Assembly (NCBI GenBank): GCA_963728205.1
Contig: CAVSIV010000001.1
Span: forward strand, 32,001 to 96,000
Length of the DNA: 64,000 bases
Source: an uncultured Chloroflexia bacterium
GTDB lineage: Bacteria; Chloroflexota; Dehalococcoidia; UBA2979
Direction of reading: 5' to 3'
The position numbers and the translations under genes are program-made. The notes under the pieces were generated by a model. The model was not told the origin of the DNA. It ran no database searches and saw only the letters and a list, made by a program, of their open reading frames with translations. Of the stretch, positions 1 to 10,049 are shown piece by piece. The stretch's first letter is position 1, and each line of letters begins with the position of its first letter.

Positions 1-772
1 AGTGCAGGAACCGGTCGAGCGCGAAGTCGGCGCCGAGCTCGCGGTTCGCGCGCACGAGCAGGTTGCGGTTGAAGTCGGCCGTCACCCCCTCGGCATCGTT
101 GTAGGCGGGCTCGAGGATGTCGCGCGGCTTCGCGAGGTCGACGCCGATGAGCGCGGCGCCATCCGGTCCGCACACGCCGGTGATGCGGCGCAGGAAGCTC
201 CACGCCTCGTGCGGCGTGAAGTTGCCAATCGTGGAGCCGGGGAAGTAGACGACGGTGCGCGCGGCGCCCTCCGGTGTCGGTGGGAGGGCGGCGTCCGCGG
301 TGAAGTCGGCGCAGACCGGGCGCACGGCGAGGCCCGGGTAGTCGCGCACGATGCTCTCCGCCGCCGCGTCCAGGGCTGCGGACGAGATGTCGAGCGGCAC
401 GTAGCCGGCCGGCGCATCCAGCGCGTCGAGCAGCAGGCGTGTCTTCACGCTCGCGCCGCTGCCGTACTCCACGACGCGGCACGCGGGGCCGAGCCGCGCG
501 GCCATGTCGTCGACGTGCGTGCGCATGATCGCGAGCTCCGTGCGCGTGGGGTAGTACTCGGGGAGCGCGCAGATTGCCTCGAAGAGCTGCGAGCCGCGCT
601 CGTCGTAGAAGTGCTTCGATGGCAGGGAGCGCGGGCGCGCGGACAGCCCGCGCAGCACGTCGGCGCGGAAGGCGTCGACGGGGGCCGCGGGTGCGAGCTG
701 CGCGCCGAGGGGCGGCGCGGCGCGGTGGTGGCGCGGCATGGTGGCGGCGGTGTGGGCGTGGGGGGCGGTCAT
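1..772 (-). CDS. egtD: L-histidine N-alpha-methyltransferase EgtD (3' end runs off the window)
   Basis: Manual minus-strand translation from ATG 772 gives ...DVLRGLSARPRSLPSKHFYDERGSQLFEAICALPEYYPTRTE, the EgtD signature. ATGA overlap with the egtB stop. Not in the ORF track because it is open at the window edge. Confidence 0.93.
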   Translation of the reverse strand, partial: MTAPHAHTAATMPRHHRAAPPLGAQLAPAAPVDAFRADVLRGLSARPRSLPSKHFYDERGSQLFEAICALPEYYPTRTELAIMRTHVDDMAARLGPACRVVEYGSGASVKTRLLLDALDAPAGYVPLDISSAALDAAAESIVRDYPGLAVRPVCADFTADAALPPTPEGAARTVVYFPGSTIGNFTPHEAWSFLRRITGVCGPDGAALIGVDLAKPRDILEPAYNDAEGVTADFNRNLLVRANRELGADFALDRFLH

Positions 773-2094
773 GCGTCGCGCGCCAGTCGCACGCCGGCGT
801 ACGGCCAGCGGGCCGAGGGTGGGAAGAAGTTGCGGTACGACGCGCGCACGTGGTCCCGCGGCGTCACGCACGCGCCGCCGCGCAACACCATCTGGCCCGA
901 CATGAACTTCCCGTTGTATTCGCCGAGCGCGCCGGGCGGCGGGCGGTACCCCGGGTACGGGAGGTAGGCGCTCGACGTCCACTCCCACGCGTCGCCGAAC
1001 AGCTGCGCGGGGTGGCGCGCCGCGTGCGCCGGCGCCACGACCGGATGCAGGCGGCCGTCGTCGACGAAGTTGCCGGCGATCGGATGGCTGCGCGCGGCCA
1101 CCTCCCACTCGAACTCCGTCGGGAGCCGGGCGTCGGCCCAGCGGGCGAAGGCGTCGGCCTCGTAGTGCGACACGTGCACGACGGGCTGGTGCGGGTCGAG
1201 CGGCCGCATCCCCCCGAGCGTCATCTCCCACCACGCGCCGTCGTCGCGCTGCTCCCAGTAGAGCGGCGCGCGCCAGCCCCGCTCGCGGACGGTCGTCCAC
1301 CCGTCGGACAGCCAGAGCTCCGGGCGCTCGTAGCCGCCGTCGCCCATGAACTCCAGGTACTCGGCGTTCGTGACGAGGCGCGAGGCGAGGCGCCATGGCG
1401 CGAGGAACACCTGGTGCACGGGCCCCTCGTTGTCGAAGTGGAAGCCGGGGCCGTCGTAGCCGACCGTGTAGAGCCCCTCGTCGTACGCGCACCACTCGAG
1501 GGCGGACGCGGGTCGCTGCGACGGCGCGGCCGCTTCCTCGCGCAGCGCCGGTCGCAGCGGGTTCGTCCAGAACACGTGCTGGATGTCCATGAGCATCAGC
1601 TCCTGGTGCTGCTGCTCGTGGTGCAGGCCGGTGACCACCGCGTCGCGCACGGGGGCATCGAGGCCGCGTTCGAAGAGCTGCTCCATCTGCCGGTCGACGT
1701 GGTCGCGGAAGGCGTAGACCTCCGCGACGGTCGGGCGTGAGAGCAGGCCACGGTCGGGGCGGGGGAACTGGGGGCCGGCGAGGTTGTAGTAGGAGTTGAA
1801 GAGGTACGGGTACTCGAGGCGATACGGACGGGCGTCGGGCAGCGCGTCCTTCAGCACGAAGGTCTCGAAGAACCACGTGGTGTGGGCGAGGTGCCACTTG
1901 GTGGGGCTGACGTCGGGCATCGTCTGCACGACGTAGTCCTCGGTTGCCAGCGTGCGGCAGATGTCGGCGGAAGCGGCGCGGACGCGGCGGTAGTGGGCCT
2001 CGATGGACTCGGGGCCACCGCCCGGTGCGGGGGCCGACGCGGGGGCGGACGGCGGCGCGGCGAGGGGGCCGGCGGGGGTCGGGGCGTGCTTCAC
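769..2094 (-). CDS. egtB: Ergothioneine biosynthesis sulfoxide synthase EgtB (DinB_2 + FGE-sulfatase domains)
   Basis: MPDVSPTKWHLAHTTWFFETF, HHEQQHQE iron ligands, RLPTEFEWE and GEYNGKFM. GTG start at 2094 with GAGGA RBS. Adjacent to egtD. Confidence 0.92.
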   Translation of the reverse strand: MKHAPTPAGPLAAPPSAPASAPAPGGGPESIEAHYRRVRAASADICRTLATEDYVVQTMPDVSPTKWHLAHTTWFFETFVLKDALPDARPYRLEYPYLFNSYYNLAGPQFPRPDRGLLSRPTVAEVYAFRDHVDRQMEQLFERGLDAPVRDAVVTGLHHEQQHQELMLMDIQHVFWTNPLRPALREEAAAPSQRPASALEWCAYDEGLYTVGYDGPGFHFDNEGPVHQVFLAPWRLASRLVTNAEYLEFMGDGGYERPELWLSDGWTTVRERGWRAPLYWEQRDDGAWWEMTLGGMRPLDPHQPVVHVSHYEADAFARWADARLPTEFEWEVAARSHPIAGNFVDDGRLHPVVAPAHAARHPAQLFGDAWEWTSSAYLPYPGYRPPPGALGEYNGKFMSGQMVLRGGACVTPRDHVRASYRNFFPPSARWPYAGVRLARDA

Positions 2095-2183
2095 GACGAT
2101 GATCCTCTGCCCGCGGATGCGGGCGGCGAGCGATGCGGGGGTGGGTGCGGCCGGGCGATGCCGGCCGCGGACGGGCCTGCCCG

Positions 2184-2639
2184 TTACCAGTGCTCGAGCA
2201 AGTCGTAGGCGAGGCCCGTCGCGGCGGCATAGACGAAGTGGTGCCAGGCGTCGATCCCGATGGCTTCGCCGCCCCACTTCCAGATGGGGGAGGAGAGGCC
2301 GAGGCGCGGCAGCATCGTGATCTCCGCGCCCCAGACGCCGCCGAAGTGCGCGAGCGTCACCCACGGCTCGCGCAGCCCGGAGGCGGCGAGCGCGCCGCGC
2401 GCGACGCCCCAGGCGACGCCGTAGCCCCAGTGGGTCAGGTTGCCGAGGCGTGCCTCGGCGTCGTCGCTCACCGGCTTGATCTCCAGCACCTGCTCGACCG
2501 CCTGCGCCGGTGCCGTGCTCGGCCCGCGGTCGCGCAGGCGCCTCTCGACCATGCTGGAAGCGGTCATCGCGGCGGTGCCGGCAATGCCGGCGACGACGCC
2601 CTTGCCGATGTCGTCGGCGATCGTGCTGGGCCTGATCAC
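2184..2639 (-). CDS. Small integral membrane protein (DUF1440-like)
   Basis: GVVAGIAGTAAMT, THWGYGVAWG and WHHFVYAAATG hydrophobic segments. GTG start after a purine-rich RBS. Confidence 0.65.
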   Translation of the reverse strand: MIRPSTIADDIGKGVVAGIAGTAAMTASSMVERRLRDRGPSTAPAQAVEQVLEIKPVSDDAEARLGNLTHWGYGVAWGVARGALAASGLREPWVTLAHFGGVWGAEITMLPRLGLSSPIWKWGGEAIGIDAWHHFVYAAATGLAYDLLEHW

Positions 2640-2979
2640 GCTGGTGCTCTCTTCTCCGCGGTGGGGCGCAAGCGAACGGCGACACGGCGGGTGGGCACGC
2701 ACGCCGGGAGGGGTCGGTCTAGGCGCCGGCCATCGTGCGGTGCTCGCCCGACGGCCGCGGGAACAACCTAGCGGGGCCGGGCTTGCATTCCCGTCAACCC
2801 GCGGCCGGCCGACCTTCCATCCGGCTCGCGGAGCCGTTGCAGTGCGCTCCGCGAGGCGGGGCATCCGCCGCCGCGGCGACCCCGGGCATACCTCTCGCCG
2901 GTATGACGTGGGCCGATGCCCCGGGAAGCAGCCGCGGGGCCGCCTCTTCCGTCGTGTGCGTTGCCTGCGTCGCGTGTGG

Positions 2980-3357
2980 CTAGTGGGGGAGGTTGATCTC
3001 CTGCCCCACGTGGATCTGCGTGGGGTCCGAGATCTGCGGGTTCGCGGCGAGCAGCGCCTGCAGCGAGACGCCGTGGTCCTTCGCGATCTTCGCCATCGTG
3101 TCGCCGGCCTTCACGAAGTAGACGTTGTCCGAGGCGGTCGCGGTCGCCGTCGCCGAGCCCGCGGCAGCGGGCGTGACGGTTGCGCCGGCAGCCGGTCCCG
3201 TCGCGGTGGCGGTGGCGGTGGCGGTGCCGAAGCCGCCGTCGGACGCGCCCGGCGAGGCGTCCGCGTGGTTCCCGCTCCCGCCGCCGGCGAGGCCGTTGAG
3301 CAGCACGCCCCAGAGGACCAGGGCGAGGACGATGATGATCGCGCCGCGATACCGCAT
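2980..3357 (-). CDS. Secreted or membrane-anchored LysM domain protein
   Basis: N-terminal hydrophobic helix, Ala/Thr linker, C-terminal YFVKAGDTMAKIAKDHGVSLQALLAANPQISDPTQIHVGQEINLP (LysM). Confidence 0.9.
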   Translation of the reverse strand: MRYRGAIIIVLALVLWGVLLNGLAGGGSGNHADASPGASDGGFGTATATATATGPAAGATVTPAAAGSATATATASDNVYFVKAGDTMAKIAKDHGVSLQALLAANPQISDPTQIHVGQEINLPH

Positions 3358-3415
3358 GCAACTACGTTATGGCCGCGTGCAAGGGCGAGGCTCCGCCACG
3401 CGGGTCGACACACCG

Positions 3416-4240
3416 CTACGCACCGCCGTCGCCCGATCCATAGCTCACCGCGAGACCGGCGCGCGCGTCCGACTGGATGCCGTACTGCGGGATCGGGTAG
3501 CGCAGTCCGTTCCGCGCGAGGCGCGTCATGCCCTCGATCGCCTTCGGCAGGTAGTGCGGGGGCAGCGCCATCAGCAGCTCGTCGTCCAGCACGCCCCCAT
3601 AGCGGCGCTCCGCGAAGCAGGGAATGGCGAGGCTGGGCTCGCCCGTGGTGAGCGCGCGGCCCCAGGAGTCGGCGCAGGCGGACTCGCCGACGACGCCCCA
3701 CTCGAACTTCGTGTAGCCGGCCCACTGCAGGCCGTTGATGAAGATGATCATCTGGCCGGGCGTCGCATAGAGCAGGCAGATGTCGGGCGGGTCGAGGCGG
3801 CCGCTCGCGAGCGGCGACACCGCCATCGCGGCATAGCGGCCGTACGGGACGACGTCCATCGCGGCCTGGTGCTTCGCGGCGTCGTCGAGGGTCTCGTACC
3901 AGACCCCGGCGTAGGACGTGCCGGAGCGCCAGCGCTCGTCCTGCGGGTGGAGGCCGATCACGGCGCCGCACTGCGCGCCGGCGAGGTCGTCGGCGGTGAT
4001 GCCGACGGTCCAGTTGAGCCGCGCCGCCTGCGCAACGATCTGATCCGTGGTGTGGACGGCGGTGGGCCGGCGGATGCGCGGGATCGCCTCCATCGCCTCC
4101 ACGCTCTCGAAGAGCTTCATGCCGATCGGCGTCGCACGCAGGCGCAGCAGGCGGTTGAGGTCGTCGACGAGGGCCGGCCAGTCGTAGGCGGGAGCGTCGG
4201 TCGTCGAGGCGTCGGGCGCGGGCGTGGTGGGGTCGGGCAT
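3416..4240 (-). CDS. DUF169 domain protein
   Basis: LRLRATPIGMK, PDICLLYATPGQM, GESACADSW and IPCFAERRYGG patterns typical of DUF169. ATG at 4240 with GGAGGAG RBS. Confidence 0.8.
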   Translation of the reverse strand: MPDPTTPAPDASTTDAPAYDWPALVDDLNRLLRLRATPIGMKLFESVEAMEAIPRIRRPTAVHTTDQIVAQAARLNWTVGITADDLAGAQCGAVIGLHPQDERWRSGTSYAGVWYETLDDAAKHQAAMDVVPYGRYAAMAVSPLASGRLDPPDICLLYATPGQMIIFINGLQWAGYTKFEWGVVGESACADSWGRALTTGEPSLAIPCFAERRYGGVLDDELLMALPPHYLPKAIEGMTRLARNGLRYPIPQYGIQSDARAGLAVSYGSGDGGA

Positions 4241-4490
4241 GGGGCTCCTCCGGGGCGTGCGCGCGGAAGGATACGCCTCGCGCTGAGTAGCGCCGGCCGC
4301 GGACCGCGTCGGCGCGCGGTCGGCGCGGGCGCGGCCGAGGAGGTGTGGCGGGGGAGCGGCCGACGACCGTGCCTGCGCCGCGCCACCGGAAACAGCGGGC
4401 ATCATGCCCCCTGCTCGTCGCGGCGCGCGTAACCCGCGCCGCCGATACCATCGGCCGCGCGCCCACGGCTCGGCAGGGAAGGTTCGCTCG

Positions 4491-5945
4491 ATGGCCCCGC
4501 AGACGGCCGCGCACCCGCTCGACCTCCTCTTTCACCCGCGCTCCATCGCCTACGTCGGCGTGTCGCGCAACCCGGGTCGCGCCCAGGGTCCGAACTTCCT
4601 CTACGGGCTCACGAAGCGCGGCTTCCATGAGCGCAAGCCGCTCTACCTCGTGAACCCCAACGCGACCGAGATCGAGGGCATCCGCTGCTACCCGTCGCTC
4701 GCCGCGACGCCCGATCCCGTCGATCACGTGATCTGCTCGGTACCGGCCCGCTTCGCGATGGACGTCGTCGAGCAGGCGGCGGCGAAGCACGTGCGTTCGA
4801 TCCACTTCTTCACGGCCGGCTTCGAGGAGAGCGGCGACCCGCGCCAGGCGACGCTCGAGCGCGCGCTGGTCGCGCGCGCCGTCGATGCCGGCATCCGCGT
4901 CGTGGGCCCCAACTGCCTCGGCATCTACGTGCCATCCGAGCGCATCTCGTTCGCGCCGGACTTTCCCGAGGAGAGTGGCGACGTCTTCATCGTGTCGCAG
5001 TCGGGCGGCAACGCGCTCGAGCTTGTGCAGGGGCTGGGCGCGCGCGGCGTCTTCTGCTCGGGCGCGGTGTCGTTCGGGAACGGTCGCGACGTAGCGGCTC
5101 CGGAGCTGCTCGACTACGCGGCGCAGGACCCGGCGACGCAGGTCGTGGTCGCGTACCTCGAGGGCGCCGGCACCGGCCGCGCGCTGCTCGAGGCGCTGCG
5201 GCGGTGCGCCCGCGTGAAGCCCACCCTGGTGCTCAAGGGCGGCATGTCCGCGGGCGGCGCGGCGGCGGCGAGCTCGCACACGGCGTCGCTCGCCGGCTCG
5301 GCGCAGATCTTCGAGGCGCTGTGCCGGCAGGTCGGCGCGATGCGCGCCGACACGATCGAGGAGGCGCTCGACCTGGTGGTTGCCGTGCGCACGTCGCTGC
5401 GCGGCGTGCGGGGCTCGCGGGCGATCATGCTCGCGTCGGGCGGTGGCTACTCGGTGCTCTCGGCCGACGCGGTCGCACGCCACGGCATGACGCTGCCGGC
5501 GCTCTCGCCGAAGACGCAGGCGGCGCTGCGCGCGCACGTGCCGGCCGCCGGCAACAGCGTGCGCAACCCGATCGACGCGAGTTTCCTCGACGACCGCGAG
5601 GGCGCCTGGCCCGACATCATCGACATCGTGGGCCGCGCCGGCCGCGCGGGCGAGGCGGACGTCGTGCTGCTGACGTCGGCGCTGGGCAGCCCGGCGGGCG
5701 AGCACGGCGAGCCGACGCAGCGCGACGGCGAGATGGTGGCGCGCATCGAGCGCATGCAGCGCGGCGGGGTGCCGATGGTGTGCGTCGAGCGGGGGTGGAA
5801 CTCGCAGCCGTCGTCGCGGCAGGTCCAGCGCCTGGCGCAGGAGCACGGCATCGCGATCCTGCCGAGCATGGCGCGCGCGGCGCGGACCGTGGAGCTGCTG
5901 CTGCGCTGGCGCGCGCAGCGCGAGGGCCTGCCCGCGATCCTCTAG
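4491..5945 (+). CDS. NDP-forming acyl-CoA synthetase alpha-type subunit (CoA-binding + ligase domains, no ATP-grasp)
   Basis: LFHPRSIAYVGVS, VVGPNCLG, SQSGG, SHTASLAGS (phospho-His) and NPID. Confidence 0.85.
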   Translation: MAPQTAAHPLDLLFHPRSIAYVGVSRNPGRAQGPNFLYGLTKRGFHERKPLYLVNPNATEIEGIRCYPSLAATPDPVDHVICSVPARFAMDVVEQAAAKHVRSIHFFTAGFEESGDPRQATLERALVARAVDAGIRVVGPNCLGIYVPSERISFAPDFPEESGDVFIVSQSGGNALELVQGLGARGVFCSGAVSFGNGRDVAAPELLDYAAQDPATQVVVAYLEGAGTGRALLEALRRCARVKPTLVLKGGMSAGGAAAASSHTASLAGSAQIFEALCRQVGAMRADTIEEALDLVVAVRTSLRGVRGSRAIMLASGGGYSVLSADAVARHGMTLPALSPKTQAALRAHVPAAGNSVRNPIDASFLDDREGAWPDIIDIVGRAGRAGEADVVLLTSALGSPAGEHGEPTQRDGEMVARIERMQRGGVPMVCVERGWNSQPSSRQVQRLAQEHGIAILPSMARAARTVELLLRWRAQREGLPAIL

Positions 5946-5960
5946 CGGCGCCCGGTCTGC

Positions 5961-6503
5961 CTAGACCGGCTCCAGCGGATGGTGGCGGCCGTCCGGCAGC
6001 TCGACGCGGATCGCGTCGCCGGCGTGCACCTCGCCGCCGACCGCGACGATGCCCATGATCCCCGCCTTGCGGACGAGGTTGCCGTCCGCGTCGTGGTCGA
6101 GGGTCGCCTCCATCAGGCCGGGCTGAATGCCGTCGAGCTGAGTGCAGGGGTTGCGCAGGCCGGTGACCTCGACGACGGCGCGGGCGCCGATGTGGAGCAG
6201 CGTGCTGCGCGGCAGCGCGAGCAGGTCGAGGCCGCGGGTGGTGATGTTCTCGCCCATCTGGCCCGGCGCGAGGTCGAAGCCGGCGGCGCGCAGCTCGTCG
6301 TGCAGCTCGGCATGGATGAGGTGGACCTGGCGGAGGTTCGGCGGCAGCGGACGCTGGTTGAGGCGCGAGCGGTGCTGCACCGACGCGCCGGCGTGCGCGT
6401 CGCCGGCGACGCCGAGGCCGGCGACGAGGCGGATGCTCGGCTCGCCCGCCTTCGCCATCGTGTGGGTGGCGCTGCGGCTGACGGCGACGACGGTTCCATC
6501 CAT
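5961..6503 (-). CDS. MOSC domain protein
   Basis: GDAHAG, RQVHLI, GENITT, VTGLRNPC and GGEVHAGD. Confidence 0.9.
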   Translation of the reverse strand: MDGTVVAVSRSATHTMAKAGEPSIRLVAGLGVAGDAHAGASVQHRSRLNQRPLPPNLRQVHLIHAELHDELRAAGFDLAPGQMGENITTRGLDLLALPRSTLLHIGARAVVEVTGLRNPCTQLDGIQPGLMEATLDHDADGNLVRKAGIMGIVAVGGEVHAGDAIRVELPDGRHHPLEPV

Positions 6504-6542
6504 GGGGGCGCTCCTCTGGCGAGAGGATCGTACGCGAGATTC

Positions 6543-9425
6543 TCAGCGGGCGCGGATCCGGCGGACGGGGGCTGGAGGCGCCGCGGCCGGCGCCTCGGTG
6601 CCGGCAAGGCGCTGCGGCACCGCGGTGCGGGACCGCACGTCGAGCTTCGCCAGAATGCGGTGCACGTGCGTCGTCACGGTGCGCCGGCTGATGCGGAGGC
6701 GGGCGGCGATCTCCGCGTCGCTCAGCCCCTCGGCGATCAGCCGCGCGACCTGCCGCTCCCGCGCGGTGAGGCTCGACGTCGCGGGCTTGCGGCTCGACGG
6801 TCGGTGGCCGAGCCGTCCCAGCAGTTCGCGGACTTCGTCGCCACGCACGCGCGCGCCCATCGCGTCGAAGAGCGCGAACGCGGGGCTCAGCGCGGACACG
6901 GCGAGATCGGCATCGCCCGCCTGGATCGCGTAGGTGCCGGCCCACTGCAGTGCGCCCGCCTCGCGCCAGCGGTAGTCGAGCCGGTCGAACGCCGTCGCCG
7001 CCTCCAGCGCCAGTCGCGCGGCCGCCGCGGACTCGCCGTGCGCTCCGGCGTAGAACGCCCGTGCCAAGACGATCTGCGCGTCGACGACGGGCATCCCGCT
7101 GCTGCGCTGCCGGGCTGCTTCCAGGGCTGCGATCGCGTCCTTGAGGGTGGCGGCCTCACCGAGCACCGCGGCGGCCTCCGCCTCGCGTGGGAGGATGTCC
7201 ACGATCAGCAGGCGATCCCAGCCCGGGATCTGTGACAGCAGCTGGTGCGTGCTGCGGATCGTCTCCGCCGCGCGGGCCGGGTTGCCGTTCAGCATCTCGT
7301 GCTCGTAGCGCGCGACATAATCGGAGACGAAGACCGCGGGCCCACCGAAGTCCTCGTGCGTGCGGTACGTCTGGTCCACGCCGGCGTCGAGCGAGTCGGC
7401 GCTGCCCTGCAGCGCGTGCAGGAGGTGCAGCGTGGCGCGCGACCGGCGGAGCGCGCGGATGCGGTGCAGGCTCGCGTCGATGTGCATCGTGGATAGCGCG
7501 ATCTGCTCCGCGCGCCGCCACTCGCCGATCTCGATGTAGGCGGTGGTGAGCCGGGCGCCGGTGCCGGAGAGCGTGGGGTAGTCGTCGCGGTCCTCCGCGT
7601 GGCGCAGCGCGCGCTCCATCCAGCGCACACCGCGCGTGATCGGGCCGGTGTCACAGAGCGCGTTGCCGATCGTGCCGGCCGCATAGGCGATCGCGTGCAT
7701 GCTGCCGGAGCGCGAGGCGAGGCGGCCGGCGCGGCGGGCGACCTCGAGGGCCTGCTTCGGCTGCGCCGCGATGAGGCGGCGGATCGCCATGCTGAGCTGC
7801 GCCTCCGCGCCGAGCGCGGGGTCGTCGATGCCCTCCGCGACCCGCGCGGCGTCGCGCGCCGCCCGCTCGGCCTCACGCGGGCGGCCGAGCATCTGCAGCG
7901 CCCACGCGGAGTCGAGCAGCGCCTGGACGCGCGGCCGGTTGGGGACCGACTCGTCCGCGAGCAGCGTGCGGTAGAGCGCGAGCGCCTGCTCCTCGCGGCC
8001 GAGCGCGACATGGTCACGCGCGCGACGGATCAGCGCGGCGTCGTAGTCGCCGCCCAGGCTTTCCAGCACCTCGCGCGCGTTCTGCCACGATCCGCTGCGC
8101 GACAGCGTCTCCGCGAGTAGCACCGACGCGTCCGGCGGCACGTCCTGCTGCTGCTGCCGGAGTCGTTCGATCAGCGTGTGGAGGAGATCGCCCGCGGTCG
8201 CATAGCGACTGTGATCGATCAGTTCGCGCGCGGCCTTGAGCACGCACTCCACGCGCGCGGCGCCGAGCGGCTGGTCCGCGCGCAGGTAGTGGCGGGCGCG
8301 CCAGGTGGAGTCCTGGAGCGTGGCGTCCTCGCTCCCGGCTTCGATCTCCCCGGCGATCCGTGCGACCAGCCGCCGTCGCTCGAGGCCGGGCACTTCGCGG
8401 GCCAGCGCGTGCGCCGCGAGCGGATCGCTGAAGAACATGCGGATGGGGCCGTCGGCGTCGACGCTGGTCAGGGTGCCGGCGGTCTCCAGCGCGATCGCGG
8501 TCTCCTCGACGCGCGCGCGCGGCTGATCCGTGAGACGCGCAATCGTCTCGACGGTGGCGGGCGCGTCCCACACCGCGAGCGCGTGCGCGAACCCGCGTTC
8601 GAGCGGGGCGAGCGCGCGCACCGTGCGCAAGAGCTCGTCGGCCACCGCCGCCGGGGCGGGCAGCGCGTCGAGCGAGCGGCTGCCGGAGAGCATCTCGGCG
8701 CGTGCAATGGGCGTCAGCGCGAGCACCTGTCGCACCAGGTCGACCAGGCGCGCGGGGTTGCCGCGGCTGCGCTGCACCGCGTCCCGCGCGAAGCGCGCCG
8801 TCGCCGTGCCCGGCTCCGTCATCGTCTCGATCAGCGCGAGCGCTTCCTCCGCGGAGAGCCCGCCGAGCGTGATCCGCGTCGCGCCGCCGAGGGTCTCGAA
8901 CTTCCGGATCAGCTCGTCGGCGGCGGGGGCGCCGGGGCGCGCGGTGAGCAGCAGGAACCGGCGCTCGCCGCGATTCGCCAGCACGAGCTCATGGACGAGG
9001 GCGAGATCGGTGGGGTGGTACGCGTGCACGTCCTCGAAGCAGATCGCCGTCGGACGCCCGGCCCGATCGAGCTGGGTGAGCCGCGCCTCGATCGCGCGGA
9101 TCAGCGGGGGGCCGTCGAGGTTCCCGCCGTCCGACACCTGCAGGTCGGCGGCGAGTCGCGACGCCACGAACCAGGGCAGCTCCAGGCTGTAGCCGAGCAC
9201 GCAGTGGGTCGTCCACGTGTCGCGCCGCGCATGCGCGAGCGCGGCGCGGGTGAGGACGGTCTTGCCCGCGCCCTCGACGCCGTCGATGGCAATCGTGATG
9301 TTGCGCCCCGAGGCGGCCAGCGTGCGCAGGTCGTCGACGCGCCGCAACTCCGCCATGCGGACCATGCGCGCCGGCGCTCCTTGCTCGTCGCGCGCCTGGA
9401 GAGGCGCGTGTGTTCGAACGACCAT
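6543..9425 (-). CDS. Large ATP-binding LuxR-family (LAL-like) transcriptional regulator
   Basis: Walker [20 protein letters not shown]-like helices and C-terminal [39 protein letters not shown]. Start may be 9365 or 9356. Confidence 0.9.
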   Translation of the reverse strand: MVVRTHAPLQARDEQGAPARMVRMAELRRVDDLRTLAASGRNITIAIDGVEGAGKTVLTRAALAHARRDTWTTHCVLGYSLELPWFVASRLAADLQVSDGGNLDGPPLIRAIEARLTQLDRAGRPTAICFEDVHAYHPTDLALVHELVLANRGERRFLLLTARPGAPAADELIRKFETLGGATRITLGGLSAEEALALIETMTEPGTATARFARDAVQRSRGNPARLVDLVRQVLALTPIARAEMLSGSRSLDALPAPAAVADELLRTVRALAPLERGFAHALAVWDAPATVETIARLTDQPRARVEETAIALETAGTLTSVDADGPIRMFFSDPLAAHALAREVPGLERRRLVARIAGEIEAGSEDATLQDSTWRARHYLRADQPLGAARVECVLKAARELIDHSRYATAGDLLHTLIERLRQQQQDVPPDASVLLAETLSRSGSWQNAREVLESLGGDYDAALIRRARDHVALGREEQALALYRTLLADESVPNRPRVQALLDSAWALQMLGRPREAERAARDAARVAEGIDDPALGAEAQLSMAIRRLIAAQPKQALEVARRAGRLASRSGSMHAIAYAAGTIGNALCDTGPITRGVRWMERALRHAEDRDDYPTLSGTGARLTTAYIEIGEWRRAEQIALSTMHIDASLHRIRALRRSRATLHLLHALQGSADSLDAGVDQTYRTHEDFGGPAVFVSDYVARYEHEMLNGNPARAAETIRSTHQLLSQIPGWDRLLIVDILPREAEAAAVLGEAATLKDAIAALEAARQRSSGMPVVDAQIVLARAFYAGAHGESAAAARLALEAATAFDRLDYRWREAGALQWAGTYAIQAGDADLAVSALSPAFALFDAMGARVRGDEVRELLGRLGHRPSSRKPATSSLTARERQVARLIAEGLSDAEIAARLRISRRTVTTHVHRILAKLDVRSRTAVPQRLAGTEAPAAAPPAPVRRIRAR

Positions 9426-9455
9426 GGGAGCCTCCGATGCGAGCGCGCCCGAGCG

Positions 9456-9621
9456 CTACGCAATAGTACGTACGGAGGCAATCCCCGCGGAGAAGCTCCC
9501 GGCAGGCCGTGCGCGGATGTCCGGATTCCGGCCCCCGAGCGTGCGCATCGCACGCTCGTACGTACAGGGCCGAGCTGTACGTGCCGTACGTATTCCAACG
9601 CCCGGGACCCGTCGATAGCTT
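9456..9621. promoter_or_regulatory. Divergent promoter region with TACGTA-type operator half-sites
   Basis: TACGCA 9457, TACGTA 9467, TACGTA 9559, TACGTG 9578 and TACGTA 9587. A -10-like TAGCTT lies at 9616-9621. Confidence 0.6.
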
Positions 9622-9653
9622 CCCTCCGATTCCATCGGTGATAGGAGGGGACC

Positions 9654-9932
9654 ATGTCACTGCATCAGCGACGTGGATCGCGCGTGTTCCGAAGCGAGCT
9701 CGGTGCCTGGCTGCGGAGCTCGCGGCAGCAGCGCGGGCTGTCCCAGGAGCAGCTCGCGTGGGAGGCCGACATCACCCAGGCGTCGGTCTCGAACTACGAG
9801 GCCGGGCGGCACGAGATCCCGGTGTCCATCTTCGTCGCGCTCTGTCGGGCGCTCGGCATGGACCCGGGCGAGCTGCTGCGCATCCTGACCGACCGCTCCG
9901 GCCGGCCCGTCGACGAGGCGATTCCATTTTGA
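9654..9932 (+). CDS. XRE-family HTH transcriptional regulator
   Basis: LRSSRQQRGLSQEQLAWEADITQASVSNYEAGR. AGGAGG RBS. Confidence 0.9.
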   Translation: MSLHQRRGSRVFRSELGAWLRSSRQQRGLSQEQLAWEADITQASVSNYEAGRHEIPVSIFVALCRALGMDPGELLRILTDRSGRPVDEAIPF

Positions 9933-10017
9933 GCGCAGGCGTGCGCGGGTCCGTCCTGAGCGCAGGCGTGCGCGGGTCCGCACTGAGCGCAGGCGTGCGC
10001 GGGTCCGCACTGAGCGC
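9930..10017. repeat. 27-bp tandem repeat, 3 copies plus a partial
   Basis: TGAGCGCAGGCGTGCGCGGGTCCG(TCC/CAC) at 9930, 9957 and 9984, then TGAGCGC at 10011. Lies between convergent genes. Confidence 0.9.
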
Positions 10018-10049
10018 CGCCGCGCGCGCCGCGCGCGGGTGCTGGAGTG

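Noticed and set aside
769-2094. Selenoneine synthase SenA
   Set aside because: Coupled to egtD, with no senB or selD-like gene in view. EgtB is the simpler call.
2880-2945. SRP RNA or riboswitch near GGGAAGCAGCC
   Set aside because: Lacks the full SRP domain IV motif. Only a GC hairpin is evident.
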